DNA from: an uncultured Candidatus Binatia bacterium
GTDB taxonomy: Bacteria > Desulfobacterota > Binatia > Bin18
Assembly: GCA_958296235.1 (NCBI GenBank)
Contig: OY282457.1
Span: 4,545,684-4,609,683, forward strand
Reading direction: 5' to 3'
Length of the DNA stretch: 64,000 bases
The notes beneath the pieces are model-generated. The model searched no databases. It was not told where the DNA came from and saw only the letters and a list, made by a program, of their open reading frames with translations. Both the position numbers and the translations under genes were made by a program. Shown one piece after another: positions 27,293 through 36,419 of the stretch (within the stretch, counting starts at the first letter, position 1; each line of letters starts with the position of its first letter).

Positions 27293-27722
27293 GTGTCTCA
27301 GTTTGCATGTTCCCCCTCACCCCAACCCTCTCCCTCCAGGGGAGAGGGGGCAGATAGGCCCTCCCCCTGGAGGGAGTTGTTACAAGAGGGCGCGGAACGC
27401 CCGCCCCGTCAAAAGCGGGAGAGGGGGCAGATATTCCCTCCCCCCTGGAACGTGTGATGCAGATTACATTCCTCGGCGGCCCCCCGCTCCCCTGCGCCGG
27501 GCCTGTCTGCGACCGGGGGCCAGGAGTGCGGGCTTCCAGCCCGCAAGCGGCCAAGATGGCCGCTCTCCCAGGAAGCGGGAGGGCGAGCGGCCCGAGGCGG
27601 GGGCCGCCGGACCGGTTCCGGGAGGCTTACGCCACAATAAGCATCACACGTCTGGAGGGGGAGGGGCAGGGTGGGGGGGCGCTGAGCCAGCAGCGGGGGA
27701 GGGAGATGTGAAACTGAGACAC
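27293..27722. mobile_element. GC-rich MITE-like element, 430 bp, with about 17-bp terminal inverted repeats flanked by TA
   Basis: Ends GTGTCTCAGTTTGCAT and ATGTGAAACTGAGACAC, each flanked by TA. Homologous to 19007-19355 in the same orientation. Internal inverted G/C sub-repeats, no coding potential. Confidence 0.6.
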
Positions 27723-27745
27723 TACCTAACGCTGTCTGTTCTTTT

Positions 27746-29854
27746 TCATATCCCCAAGTCCTCGAAGTTCTTCTTGATAATCGCGGCCAGGCTGACCGCC
27801 TCGGCGTTGAGGGTGTCCAGCTCAGCGTGGATCTCGCCCAGGGCCTGCTTGAAATCGAAATCCTCGTCGTCTTCTTCGGGCGCAACACCAACGTAGCGGC
27901 CAGGAGTCAGGCTCCAGTCGTTGGCTTTGATCTCAGCCCGGTCCACCAGCTTGACCAGCCCGTCTACGTCGCACAGCTCGGCGTTGGGGAAATGCTCGGT
28001 CAGCCAGTCGGCCTGTTGCCAGAAATAGCCTACCTGTTGGAGTTGCTCGACCGCACGCTGGCGGGCCTCATCCGCGGCTTTGCGGGCGCGGCTGAGGTCG
28101 CGGCGTGACTTGGCGTCTCCCGCATTCTCGCACGCCTCACTCAGACGTGAGGCCAGCTTGTATATCAAGTTGGTCTGCCGGGCCAATTCACGGCTGGATG
28201 CGGCCAGCGGGGCGAGGCGTTCGACAGGTAGCGGGGTGCCGGCCGGTGGTTCTTCAAGTGCCCCTTCTTTCGCCAGTTCCTCCCGTAATGCTGCACTGGC
28301 GCGTTGAAACGCCTGTACATCCGCGTGAAAAGTGGTCAGCGCGGTGTCCAGCTCTTGCTGAAGACCCGCGGGAACGGCGACCGCGGGCAACGTGTTGAGA
28401 AAGGGTTGCAGGACCTTGTTGAGCGTGCTGACCGCAGCCACAAAGGCGGGCGGGGCTTGCGGCGTGGGGGTGTTTTCGGTTTGGGAGCTGAAACAGGCCG
28501 CGGCGTGGTTCAGGGTGCGGCGGCAGTAGTCGCATACCAGGGCAAAAAACTTGTCGGTCTGACCGCGATACAGCCAGACAATGGCCAGGATGTTTTGCTG
28601 CTGCTCGGGGCTGAAGTCGTATATCTTGCGCGTGACCTTACGGTAGACAGTGCGGGCGTCGATCATCAGCACCGTGTCGCGGTGTTGCTCGGGCTTGGCG
28701 CGGTTCAGAAACCATAACTCGCAGGGAACGGTGCGGGTGTAGAAGAAATTGGAGCGGATGGCAATCATGATGTCCACATCGCCAGTCTCGACCAGCTTCT
28801 GGCGGACCTTGGCCTCAGCGCCGGCGGCGCTTGATGCCTGTGAGGACATGACAAAGCCGGCCCGGCCCGTCCGGTTCAGATAGCTGTAGAAATAGCTGAT
28901 CCAGACGTAGTTGCCGTTGGAGACCTTGCCCTTTTTGTTCACACCGGGCAGGCCAAAGGGCAGGCGTGGGTCTTTCTCGATCTTGCCGGCGTCAATCTCG
29001 TCTACGTTGAAAGGCGGATTGGCCATGACGTAATCGGCCTTGCCGACCAGCTCGTGCGGGTCCTGGTAATAGGTGATGGCCTGCTGAACATCTCCTTCGA
29101 GGCCGTGGACGGCCAGGTTCATCTTGGCCAGCCGGATGGTGGTGGCGTTCTTCTCCAGACCGCGGAAGGTGAGCTGCTCGGTGGGGTTTTGGCCGTGCTC
29201 TTCGACAGTGCGAGCGCTCTGTACGAACATGCCGCCCGACCCGCAGGCCGGGTCAAGCACGCTGCCGCGCCGGGGGTCAAGCACATGGGCGATGAGCGCA
29301 ACCAGGGAGACGGGCGTGAAGAACTCGCCGTTGTCGTGGGCCTTCTGGTCGGCGAACTGGGTCAGAAAATACTCGTAGATACGGCCAAAGACATCCCCGG
29401 ACACCTGCTTCAGCTCGTCCGGGTTGAGGAGGCGCAGGATATCTCCGAGGGTGTGGTTGTCCAGCTTTTGATACTCGTTCTTGGGCAGGACGCCGTGCAG
29501 GCTGGCGTAGTTTGACTCAATGGATTCCATCGCGTCCATGAGGGCCTTGGCGCGGTCCACACTGTCGGACCTCGCCACGAGATAATCGAACTGGGCCTTA
29601 TGCTCCAGAAAGATAGCGCTCCGCTGAGAGAAATCTTCCTTGGTGAGCGCCCGCGGCTGGCCGCCCCGGCTCGGCAGGGTGGGTTCGATCTCCTGCTTGG
29701 CCGTGAGATAGCGGCTGTAGGCGTGACGCAGGAATACCAGCCCCATCACCGGCAGGAAGTATTCATTGCTGGCGTACTCGGAGTTGGCGCGTAAGGTGTC
29801 GGCTGCGCTCCACAGCCGGCGTTCGATGACTTCGAGGTGTTCGAGCTGGGACAT
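27746..29854 (-). CDS. hsdM: Type I restriction-modification N6-adenine DNA methyltransferase subunit HsdM (long C-terminal extension)
   Basis: HsdM N-terminal domain, motif I (DPACGSGGMF), motif IV (NPPF) and a C-terminal coiled-coil ending with the TPGRYVG motif. Start at MSQLEHL. Confidence 0.95.
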   Translation of the reverse strand: MSQLEHLEVIERRLWSAADTLRANSEYASNEYFLPVMGLVFLRHAYSRYLTAKQEIEPTLPSRGGQPRALTKEDFSQRSAIFLEHKAQFDYLVARSDSVDRAKALMDAMESIESNYASLHGVLPKNEYQKLDNHTLGDILRLLNPDELKQVSGDVFGRIYEYFLTQFADQKAHDNGEFFTPVSLVALIAHVLDPRRGSVLDPACGSGGMFVQSARTVEEHGQNPTEQLTFRGLEKNATTIRLAKMNLAVHGLEGDVQQAITYYQDPHELVGKADYVMANPPFNVDEIDAGKIEKDPRLPFGLPGVNKKGKVSNGNYVWISYFYSYLNRTGRAGFVMSSQASSAAGAEAKVRQKLVETGDVDIMIAIRSNFFYTRTVPCELWFLNRAKPEQHRDTVLMIDARTVYRKVTRKIYDFSPEQQQNILAIVWLYRGQTDKFFALVCDYCRRTLNHAAACFSSQTENTPTPQAPPAFVAAVSTLNKVLQPFLNTLPAVAVPAGLQQELDTALTTFHADVQAFQRASAALREELAKEGALEEPPAGTPLPVERLAPLAASSRELARQTNLIYKLASRLSEACENAGDAKSRRDLSRARKAADEARQRAVEQLQQVGYFWQQADWLTEHFPNAELCDVDGLVKLVDRAEIKANDWSLTPGRYVGVAPEEDDEDFDFKQALGEIHAELDTLNAEAVSLAAIIKKNFEDLGI

Positions 29855-29855
29855 G

Positions 29856-30662
29856 CTAAAGCGGGTGCTGTGACAAAAACTCCCTGAAGACGGCGAGAAA
29901 CGGCTCACGCGCCGAGGACACAAAACCGTGTCCGGCGTTGTCGAAAATGGTCAGTTGCGCGTTTGGAATTTCTCGGGCCAGAATCTCGGAATTGGCCGCT
30001 GGGATCAGCACATCGTCACGCCCGGTGGCGACCAGGGTCGGGGCGGTGATCTCCTTGAGCTGCTTATACACGCGGAGGGTCATGGTCGCATCCAAATGAC
30101 GCTTGTACGCAAAGAACGGCGTGGCATGTTCCAGGACGCGGCGCAGGGTGGCTTCGAGTTCATCCCGCTGGGTGGCGATATATTCTTGGGAGTAGGACAA
30201 TTTCCAACCCTCCCGAACAGCTTCTTCCGGGGTCTGTCCGGCCCGGCCTTTGAGCGCCTGCATGGATTCCGGTGGGGCAGGGACAGCATGCTTGCCACCT
30301 GGGGTGGTACAGCCCAGGGTTAAACTCGCAATATGTTGTTGATGGTGAATGCCGATTTCCTGGGCAATCATGCCACCCATTGAAATGCCGAAAATATGCG
30401 CGCGCGGAATGTCGAGCGCGCTGAGCAAGCCCACGGCATCGCTTGCAAACAGCGCAATGGAATAGGGTTCATCCGGTTTATCCGACTGCCCGGTGCCGCG
30501 GTTGTCATAGGTGATGACCTGATAGTCGTCGGCCATGCGCGCAACAAACTCCCGGTCCCAGGCCGCGGCCGGCCCGCCCAGCCCCATGATGAGCAGCAGC
30601 GGCTGACCTTGGCCCTGAGTCGTATAATGCAGATTGATCCCATTCACCTGTGCGTATGACAT
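29856..30662 (-). CDS. Alpha/beta-fold hydrolase
   Basis: Nucleophile elbow GISMGG plus HGG-like and acid/His positions. GGAGG upstream of the trimmed ATG. Confidence 0.8.
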   Translation of the reverse strand: MSYAQVNGINLHYTTQGQGQPLLLIMGLGGPAAAWDREFVARMADDYQVITYDNRGTGQSDKPDEPYSIALFASDAVGLLSALDIPRAHIFGISMGGMIAQEIGIHHQQHIASLTLGCTTPGGKHAVPAPPESMQALKGRAGQTPEEAVREGWKLSYSQEYIATQRDELEATLRRVLEHATPFFAYKRHLDATMTLRVYKQLKEITAPTLVATGRDDVLIPAANSEILAREIPNAQLTIFDNAGHGFVSSAREPFLAVFREFLSQHPL

Positions 30663-30769
30663 ACTCTTCCTCCTTTGTGTGAACGTCTTATCCAGTTGTG
30701 GGGAGAATCGCAAACCAGGCAGAGGGCGCTCTTTACCGCTGCGGGCAGTTTGGTATAGGTCCATAGTCT

Positions 30770-31741
30770 ATGCAAACGGCTGTTTCCGAGCTTCCCGCTG
30801 TCCGCCAGACGGTGAAGGAGTTGTCCCATATATCGACGTTGCGGGCCGTGTATCATCTGGCTGAGGTCTGGGTCGTGATTGGGCTGGCGGTGTGGCTGAG
30901 CGGCTGGGTGCTGCCTCCGTTGACCGGCATCTGGGGCGTGTGCGTCTATATCGGCGCGGTCGTTGTGATTGCCGCGCGGCAGCACGCCCTGATGGTCCTG
31001 GTGCACGAGGCGATTCATAAACGCATCTCACGAACGGTGTGGGTCAACGACGCGCTGACCCGGCTGGCCGCGGCCTTCCCGGTCTTTATCTCGCTCTCGA
31101 AATGGCGCTTCATCCATCTCTATCACCACCAGTATACGCAGACCACAGACGATCCGGACCGGGCCATTTATGCCCGCTATCCCCTTGGCCGTCGCCCGTT
31201 CTGGCGGCTTCTGATCCGAGATGTGAGTGGTCTGAACGTCATCTCGACGCTGAAGTATTTTATCGATCTGCCCGTTGTAACACGGGATTTTAACCGGAAA
31301 TTTTTGGGCGAGGAGCGCGCCAACCGCTATCGGCAGGTCGCTGATATGGGGTTGTTCACGGCATTTTGGGGCATGGTGTTAAGCGGTGGTTTTATCTTGT
31401 GTGGTCTGGAATTTGGGCGATACCTGGTGTTGTACTGGCTCGTGCCGTACTGCACGGTGACACAGGTCTTCTTTCGCATCCGGGGGGCGATTGAGCATGG
31501 CAATGTGCCCGACCCTGAGAATGCCTACCGCCAGACGCGGACCTATTTCATGCCGGCGGTCTTGCGGTTTTTCTTTGCGCCCAAGCAGGTGAACTACCAC
31601 CTGGAGCACCATCTGTATCCTTCGGTGCCTTTCTATAATCTGCCCCGGCTGCACGCTGTTCTCAGCCGGGCAGTCTATCCGGCCGAGGCCGGCTATTGCG
31701 AGCCGTTCTCCACCGGTCTCAAAAAACTGATCTCCGGGTAA
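30770..31741 (+). CDS. Membrane fatty-acid desaturase family protein
   Basis: Three His boxes (HEAIHK, HHQYT, HLEHHL) in a polytopic membrane protein. Confidence 0.85.
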   Translation: MQTAVSELPAVRQTVKELSHISTLRAVYHLAEVWVVIGLAVWLSGWVLPPLTGIWGVCVYIGAVVVIAARQHALMVLVHEAIHKRISRTVWVNDALTRLAAAFPVFISLSKWRFIHLYHHQYTQTTDDPDRAIYARYPLGRRPFWRLLIRDVSGLNVISTLKYFIDLPVVTRDFNRKFLGEERANRYRQVADMGLFTAFWGMVLSGGFILCGLEFGRYLVLYWLVPYCTVTQVFFRIRGAIEHGNVPDPENAYRQTRTYFMPAVLRFFFAPKQVNYHLEHHLYPSVPFYNLPRLHAVLSRAVYPAEAGYCEPFSTGLKKLISG

Positions 31742-31769
31742 GGGGGAAGGGAGACCCTCGACACAATAA

Positions 31770-31810
31770 CAGGGCAGCCGCGTGGCTGCCCTGTGTTTCT
31801 GCGTCTGTTT
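31770..31810 (+). terminator. Rho-independent terminator after the desaturase gene
   Basis: CAGGGCAGCC-GCGT-GGCTGCCCTG followed by TGTTTCTGCGTCTGTTT. Confidence 0.55.
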
Positions 31811-31831
31811 ACGATTTTCTACAGGTCATAT

Positions 31832-32953
31832 CTACAGGTCATACGCCCGGGCCGCATTATCGCCCAGGATGTTCTGCTGGTCGGGCGGGGGGAGTTCCTT
31901 AATCCCATTCTGTAAGGTGTTGAGGGCATCCGTGAAGCCGTCAAAATGGGGGAAGTCGGTTGACCAGAAGAACTTGTCCGAGCCCCAGCGAGCGGCTGCC
32001 GGCGAGATCATGCTTTCGTCCACATCGCAGCCAACCCAGACCTGACGGCGGAAATATTCGCTCGGTGGGCGCTTACAGGCCGTCATGAAGCCGCTGTGTT
32101 CCCATTTGCTATCCATCCGTTCGATAAAATGCGGCACCCAGCCAGCCCCAACTTCCAGCACCAGCAGTTTGAGGTTCGGGAAGCGTTCCAGAGTGCCACC
32201 CTCAAACATGCTGACAAAGGAAGCCTGGATATCAAAGCCCAGCGTGACTGACAGGAAATAGAAAGGCGAACCGTGAAAGGTGGTATGGTCATACCAGGCG
32301 CTGCCGTGAAAGTCCGGCCGCACAATCACGTGCAGGCCGACCGGCATCTGGATATCCTGGGCGACGGCCCAGAACGGATCGTAGGTCGTATCGCCATAGG
32401 CTCTCCCGTTTGCCGGGTACGGGGTCAGCATGACGGCCTTCAGCCCGAGTTTGGCGGCGCGTTTCAGCTCAATAATAGCGGCCTCGGGGTCCATGAGGGA
32501 GATGTGCGCAACCCCGTATAAGCGGTTGGGGTAGTGGCTGCAGAAATCGGCGATCCAGTCATTGTACACGCGGTTATAGGCCAGGGCGAGACCAGGGTCG
32601 TTGACCTCGCCTTCCCACAGCAGGCCGATGGTGGGAAAGAGCACGGCTGCGTCAATGCCATCCGCGTCCAACTGCTTGATCCGCTCATGCGGGTCATACG
32701 CCCCCTTAGGACCATCCATATACAGCTGGTCTTTGGAGAAGACGAGTTCGCCGGGCTTGCCGAAACCGGAGGCAACACCCATCCCCCTGATGGTCGGAGA
32801 AACCTTGCCGTCAATGACAAGCGACTCCCAGCCTTCCTCGTCTTTGACAAGGTACAAGGCGCGCTCTTTGTATTTTGACTCCAGGTTCTCCTTCCATAAA
32901 TTGGGTGGCTCTAAGATATGACCGTCGGCATCAACAATTCGTCCGAGTTGCAT
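31832..32953 (-). CDS. Amidohydrolase-2 family metal-dependent hydrolase (ACMSD-like)
   Basis: Metal-binding H-x-H (DADGHILEP), downstream His/Asp ligands and TIM-barrel layout. Confidence 0.8.
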   Translation of the reverse strand: MQLGRIVDADGHILEPPNLWKENLESKYKERALYLVKDEEGWESLVIDGKVSPTIRGMGVASGFGKPGELVFSKDQLYMDGPKGAYDPHERIKQLDADGIDAAVLFPTIGLLWEGEVNDPGLALAYNRVYNDWIADFCSHYPNRLYGVAHISLMDPEAAIIELKRAAKLGLKAVMLTPYPANGRAYGDTTYDPFWAVAQDIQMPVGLHVIVRPDFHGSAWYDHTTFHGSPFYFLSVTLGFDIQASFVSMFEGGTLERFPNLKLLVLEVGAGWVPHFIERMDSKWEHSGFMTACKRPPSEYFRRQVWVGCDVDESMISPAAARWGSDKFFWSTDFPHFDGFTDALNTLQNGIKELPPPDQQNILGDNAARAYDL

Positions 32954-33102
32954 TGCGCGTCCCTCCTTGCACACCTATAGACTTTGCTTGCTTCTAGCCC
33001 AGTTTGTTCTGGATTACAAACCGCTGCGCTTTGTGTGGAGGATGCGCTTTATGTGGGGGGGGGACAGGTCGGCTGGATTCCAGCTGTAAAGAAGGGAAGG
33101 AC

Positions 33103-33174
33103 TACCCCCGCCGGGAATCGAACCCAGACCCCAGGTTCCGGAGACCTGTGTGATATCCATTTCACCACGGGGGC
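33103..33174 (-). tRNA. tRNA-Arg (anticodon CCG)
   Basis: Cloverleaf folded by hand: acceptor GCCCCCG/CGGGGGT, D arm, anticodon stem CAGGT/ACCTG with loop CTCCGGA, T arm CTGGG-TTCGATT-CCCGG. CCA is not encoded. Confidence 0.8.
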
Positions 33175-33224
33175 ACGGTCGGTACAGTATCACATACCAG
33201 CAGAGAAGCAATGTTTTGGGGGAG

Positions 33225-33365
33225 CCGACTCTGCGTGCAGGGCAGGGAAGGAAAGTGGCAAGTGGTAAGTGGCGAGGGGCAAGCAAGAAGGAAAGTGGCG
33301 AGGGGCAAGGGGCAGGGAAGGAAAGTGGCAAGTGGTAAGTGGCAAGTGGCGAGTGGCGAGCAAAA
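33225..33365. repeat. Minisatellite: two about 80-bp units built from GAAAGTGGC(A/G)AG sub-repeats
   Basis: GGCAGGGAAGGAAAGTGGCAAGTGGTAAGTGGC occurs at 33231 and 33311 with GTGGCGAGGGGCAAG sub-repeats between. It lies 5' of tRNA-Arg. Confidence 0.7.
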
Positions 33366-33440
33366 AGCCGCCTCCGCGTGCGCGGGGCAGGGAACGGGGC
33401 AGGGGTGCTCAGTGGTGCGTACAAGGGCTGAGGGAGGAGG

Positions 33441-33812
33441 CTACTGGCCCTCTCTCTCAATCGTCAACACGGCGTCTTCGTCGTACAGCCGGTTGCCGAG
33501 ATAGAGCTCAGGGTAGCGGGCCTGGGTCTCCAGACTTTCGTCTACACCGCTTGCGGTTGCGTCCTCGTCGTTCTCGGCATCGCTGCCGGCCGCCAGATTG
33601 CCTCCGTACAACTCGGGGTAGCGCAGCCGGAGCTCCAGACTCTCGTCGCTACTGTCGGTTGTATTCTCCGCTTCTTCTGCGCTGTTTTCCAATCCGAGGT
33701 CTTCGCCCAAGAGTGAACCTGACGAGTCTGGGCGAATAGAATAGAGTGGCTGAGATAGTCCGTTCGACGCAAAGAAGAGCAACAGAGTAAGCGCGCTGAC
33801 CAGTATCTTCAT
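33441..33812 (-). CDS. Secreted acidic protein with internal duplicated motif
   Basis: Signal peptide (MKILVSALTLLLFFASNGLS). Highly acidic, with motif (L/A)RYPELY(G/L)GN occurring twice. GGAGG upstream. Confidence 0.5.
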   Translation of the reverse strand: MKILVSALTLLLFFASNGLSQPLYSIRPDSSGSLLGEDLGLENSAEEAENTTDSSDESLELRLRYPELYGGNLAAGSDAENDEDATASGVDESLETQARYPELYLGNRLYDEDAVLTIEREGQ

Positions 33813-34312
33813 GTCAGAATCCTCCATATGATGTTCTGCCCAGGCTGAGAGGCGACACGCACGGCAGATACCCGAGACGCGGATGTCTCAACCGCGGACG
33901 CTGGGGGCGCGTGAACCAGCAGACAGCCTCTCAGCCGGACATGCACCTTTTTTCCCGCTCCATAGCCTTTAACAATAACGCGCTGGCCGGACTGAAGGTG
34001 TTGGATGCGCTGAATCTGGGATTGATGAATGAGACACTCGATGCCACTCAGGCGTGACGGGTCTCCCTGTAAAATAAGGGCGACTTGTCCCGAATCATCT
34101 TGCTCAATGCGTGTGACCTGCCCTGATACCTGGATAATTTTATCCCGATACTTTTTATCCGCAACCATACGGTCGGTGTGAAAGGTTTGGTAGAGGAAGG
34201 TGGCTGAGGTTCTGAACTCGGGTTTCTGTTCAGGCTCAACAGGCGGCTGGTCCGCCGTGCGGAAAAACAGGATGACGATGAGGGCCAGGATGGGAATCGC
34301 TATAAATCGCAT
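33809..34312 (-). CDS. Membrane-anchored OB-fold protein (tRNA_anti-like family)
   Basis: N-terminal TM helix, then a beta-rich domain (KIIQVSGQVTRIEQDDSGQVALIL) typical of tRNA_anti-like OB-fold lipoproteins. Confidence 0.5.
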   Translation of the reverse strand: MRFIAIPILALIVILFFRTADQPPVEPEQKPEFRTSATFLYQTFHTDRMVADKKYRDKIIQVSGQVTRIEQDDSGQVALILQGDPSRLSGIECLIHQSQIQRIQHLQSGQRVIVKGYGAGKKVHVRLRGCLLVHAPPASAVETSASRVSAVRVASQPGQNIIWRILT

Positions 34313-34417
34313 ACGCCTTACTCGGACTCCCCAAAATTAGGACATTCCTGCCGGTCGGGTCAAGAGAGGCGGGAGCGATAGAGGAGAGCTGCGTCCCGAG
34401 ACAGGCGGGGCAGTGGG

Positions 34418-35095
34418 TCAGCCGACCGGCTCTGACCTTGCCATAAGCGTTTCAACGTCTTGGAGCAGCTGGGCTATAGATTCCGTGTCGTCTCCCCGAT
34501 AATAGCCGCGGATGCGTCGCTGCCGGTCAATCAGCACGAAACGGTTGCTGTGCACGATAGGCTCGTGGGTCGTCAGGCGGGGATCGTTTGGCGCGAGGGC
34601 TTCCACGCCAAGCCGAAAGCCGTTGCGGATGAAGGCATACATGGCGGAGCGTTCACCGGTCAGGAAGAGCCAGCGCCGGGCGTCCGCGCGGTAGCGCCGC
34701 GCATAGACTTGCAGCACTTCGGGCGTATCTCGCTCCGGGTCGACACTAAAGGAAAGAAAGCGGACCGGCTTGGCGCGCAGGGTCGTGTGCAAATGGGCCA
34801 TCCGTTGGCTGAGGAGTGGGCACCGGCCTGGACAGTGGGTGAAGATGAAGTTGGCGATCCATATGGACCCGGCCAGGTCGGAGTGACCAAAGGGCTGTTG
34901 GGTGCGCTCAATCAGCGAAAAGGGGGGGATTGTTCCCAGGATGGGAAGCCGCCCGGGCGGAGCCGGCTTAGCCGCGTCTGAGAAGAGAGAGAAAACGCCG
35001 TACCCGACAACAAAGGTGAGAACAAGACCAAGCGCGCCCCAGATAAGACGTTGTGAGGTCGGTTCCGGGGGGGCGCTTGAAAGTCTGTCAGGCAC
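34418..35095 (-). CDS. SCO1/SenC copper chaperone
   Basis: N-terminal TM anchor, thioredoxin fold with CxxxC (CPGRCP) and a conserved downstream His. Adjacent to the oxidase genes. Confidence 0.8.
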   Translation of the reverse strand: MPDRLSSAPPEPTSQRLIWGALGLVLTFVVGYGVFSLFSDAAKPAPPGRLPILGTIPPFSLIERTQQPFGHSDLAGSIWIANFIFTHCPGRCPLLSQRMAHLHTTLRAKPVRFLSFSVDPERDTPEVLQVYARRYRADARRWLFLTGERSAMYAFIRNGFRLGVEALAPNDPRLTTHEPIVHSNRFVLIDRQRRIRGYYRGDDTESIAQLLQDVETLMARSEPVG

Positions 35096-35101
35096 AACAG
35101 A

Positions 35102-35449
35102 CTAATGGTCAGCCGTTTCGCTCACCGCGGTCGGCTCGACTGGTGTATAGGTCCTGGTGGTTGAGGTCAGGTCCGGCAGGAGCATGATAATCAAAAAGAC
35201 ACAAATGATCATGGGTGTCAGGGCAATCACGCCGAGCGTGGGGCGCTCAAAGCGCAGATGCATGAAATACAGCGCGACGAGGAGGGCTTTGGCAACCGCG
35301 AGGATGACAAGCAGGGAGCCGGCCGTGAGTTTGGCGGAGACCAGAGGAGGCACCATGACCTCAAGGATGGTCAAAATGGTGAGGACTACCATAATGGCGA
35401 AATAGTTCGGTTCGACGTGGTCAGCATGTGCGGCAGATTCGTTTGCCAT
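35102..35449 (-). CDS. Cytochrome c oxidase subunit IV (small 3-TM subunit)
   Basis: Real gene is the 115-aa C-terminal part of the long ORF (MANESAAHADHVEPNYFAIMVVLTILTILEV...). GAGGGAG upstream. Confidence 0.6.
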   Translation of the reverse strand: MANESAAHADHVEPNYFAIMVVLTILTILEVMVPPLVSAKLTAGSLLVILAVAKALLVALYFMHLRFERPTLGVIALTPMIICVFLIIMLLPDLTSTTRTYTPVEPTAVSETADH

Positions 35450-35460
35450 CGTGTCTCCCT

Positions 35461-36084
35461 CTACAGCAGGTATACAAAAGTAAAGACCAAAATCCAGACC
35501 AGGTCCACGAAATGCCAGTAGAGGCCAACAATTTCCACCGGGCTGGAGTTTTCGCCTAAGAACCTCCCATTCATGCCAGCAAAGAGCACGCAGGTCAGAT
35601 ACACCACACCGCCAAAGACATGACAGCCGTGAAAGCCGGTCAGAATATAAAAAGTCGTGCCAAACAGCGGCGCGCCCCACGGGTTGTCGCTCATGGTCAT
35701 GCCGACATGGGTGAGGTGTGTCCATTCGTAGGCCTGAAGTCCCAGAAATATGGTCCCGCCAATAATGGTCAGCAAGAGGAACTTCCGAAAGTTCCGCAGG
35801 TCGTTGTGCTTTGCCGCGGATAAGGCTTTGACCATGGTGAAGCTGCTGACAATGAGCAGAAAGGTCATAAACGCGGTGAGCTGGATACCCAGGGCTTCGA
35901 GCGGGTTGGGCCAGTCCGGGCTGCTGGCGCGTATGGCTCCATACCCGGCTAACAGGCCCCCAAAAGACATGGCGTCCCCCGCCAGAAAGACCCACATGCC
36001 GAGTTTGCCCCAACTCTCCGGGGTGACGGGTGACTCTGCCGGCTGCTGGGCATGGGCGTGAGAATCAACAACGGCTTCGCTCAA
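35461..36084 (-). CDS. ctaE: Cytochrome c oxidase subunit III (CtaE)
   Basis: CoxIII motifs (FYILTGFHGCHVFGG, YWHFVDLVW). Start proposed at the TTG with AAGGAGGAG 7 nt upstream. Alternative ATG at 36165. Confidence 0.8.
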   Translation of the reverse strand: MSEAVVDSHAHAQQPAESPVTPESWGKLGMWVFLAGDAMSFGGLLAGYGAIRASSPDWPNPLEALGIQLTAFMTFLLIVSSFTMVKALSAAKHNDLRNFRKFLLLTIIGGTIFLGLQAYEWTHLTHVGMTMSDNPWGAPLFGTTFYILTGFHGCHVFGGVVYLTCVLFAGMNGRFLGENSSPVEIVGLYWHFVDLVWILVFTFVYLL

Positions 36085-36410
36085 GGGTGCTCCTCCTTTG
36101 GGGCCGTCACTTCCTGAAGGGATGGTAGCGTCCCCTGTGCTCGATGCGAGCGATTCGTTTTCCAATAGCGGTAAAAAATCCAGCCGCCAATGGAGCCAAA
36201 AACGACGAAGGGCATAGTCATCAGAAAAAAGGCGCTGCGTAACATGCCTTGCGTCACCTGCTCATTCGCACCGGATAGGAGAGTCTGACACATTGCGCAA
36301 CCTTGCGCTAGGGCCTCCTGGGGCGCTCCAGCAGCGCTATATGCCGCCAAAAAGGTCAGCGCTGAAACACCGAACAGGCGAGAGGCAAAAGAGGGGAATC
36401 GAGTGCGCAT
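36081..36410 (-). CDS. Small membrane protein with CxxC motif, embedded in the oxidase operon
   Basis: Signal/TM at the N-terminus, GCAMCQ motif, C-terminal TM helix. Confidence 0.45.
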   Translation of the reverse strand: MRTRFPSFASRLFGVSALTFLAAYSAAGAPQEALAQGCAMCQTLLSGANEQVTQGMLRSAFFLMTMPFVVFGSIGGWIFYRYWKTNRSHRAQGTLPSLQEVTAPKEEHP

Positions 36411-36419
36411 ATGTTCCGT

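Noticed and set aside
35450-36013. Upper part of the 303-aa ORF 35102..36013 (minus)
   Set aside because: It is the out-of-frame overlap with the well-supported subunit III gene (35461-36084). Only the C-terminal 115 codons (35102-35449) form a plausible 3-TM oxidase subunit IV with its own SD.
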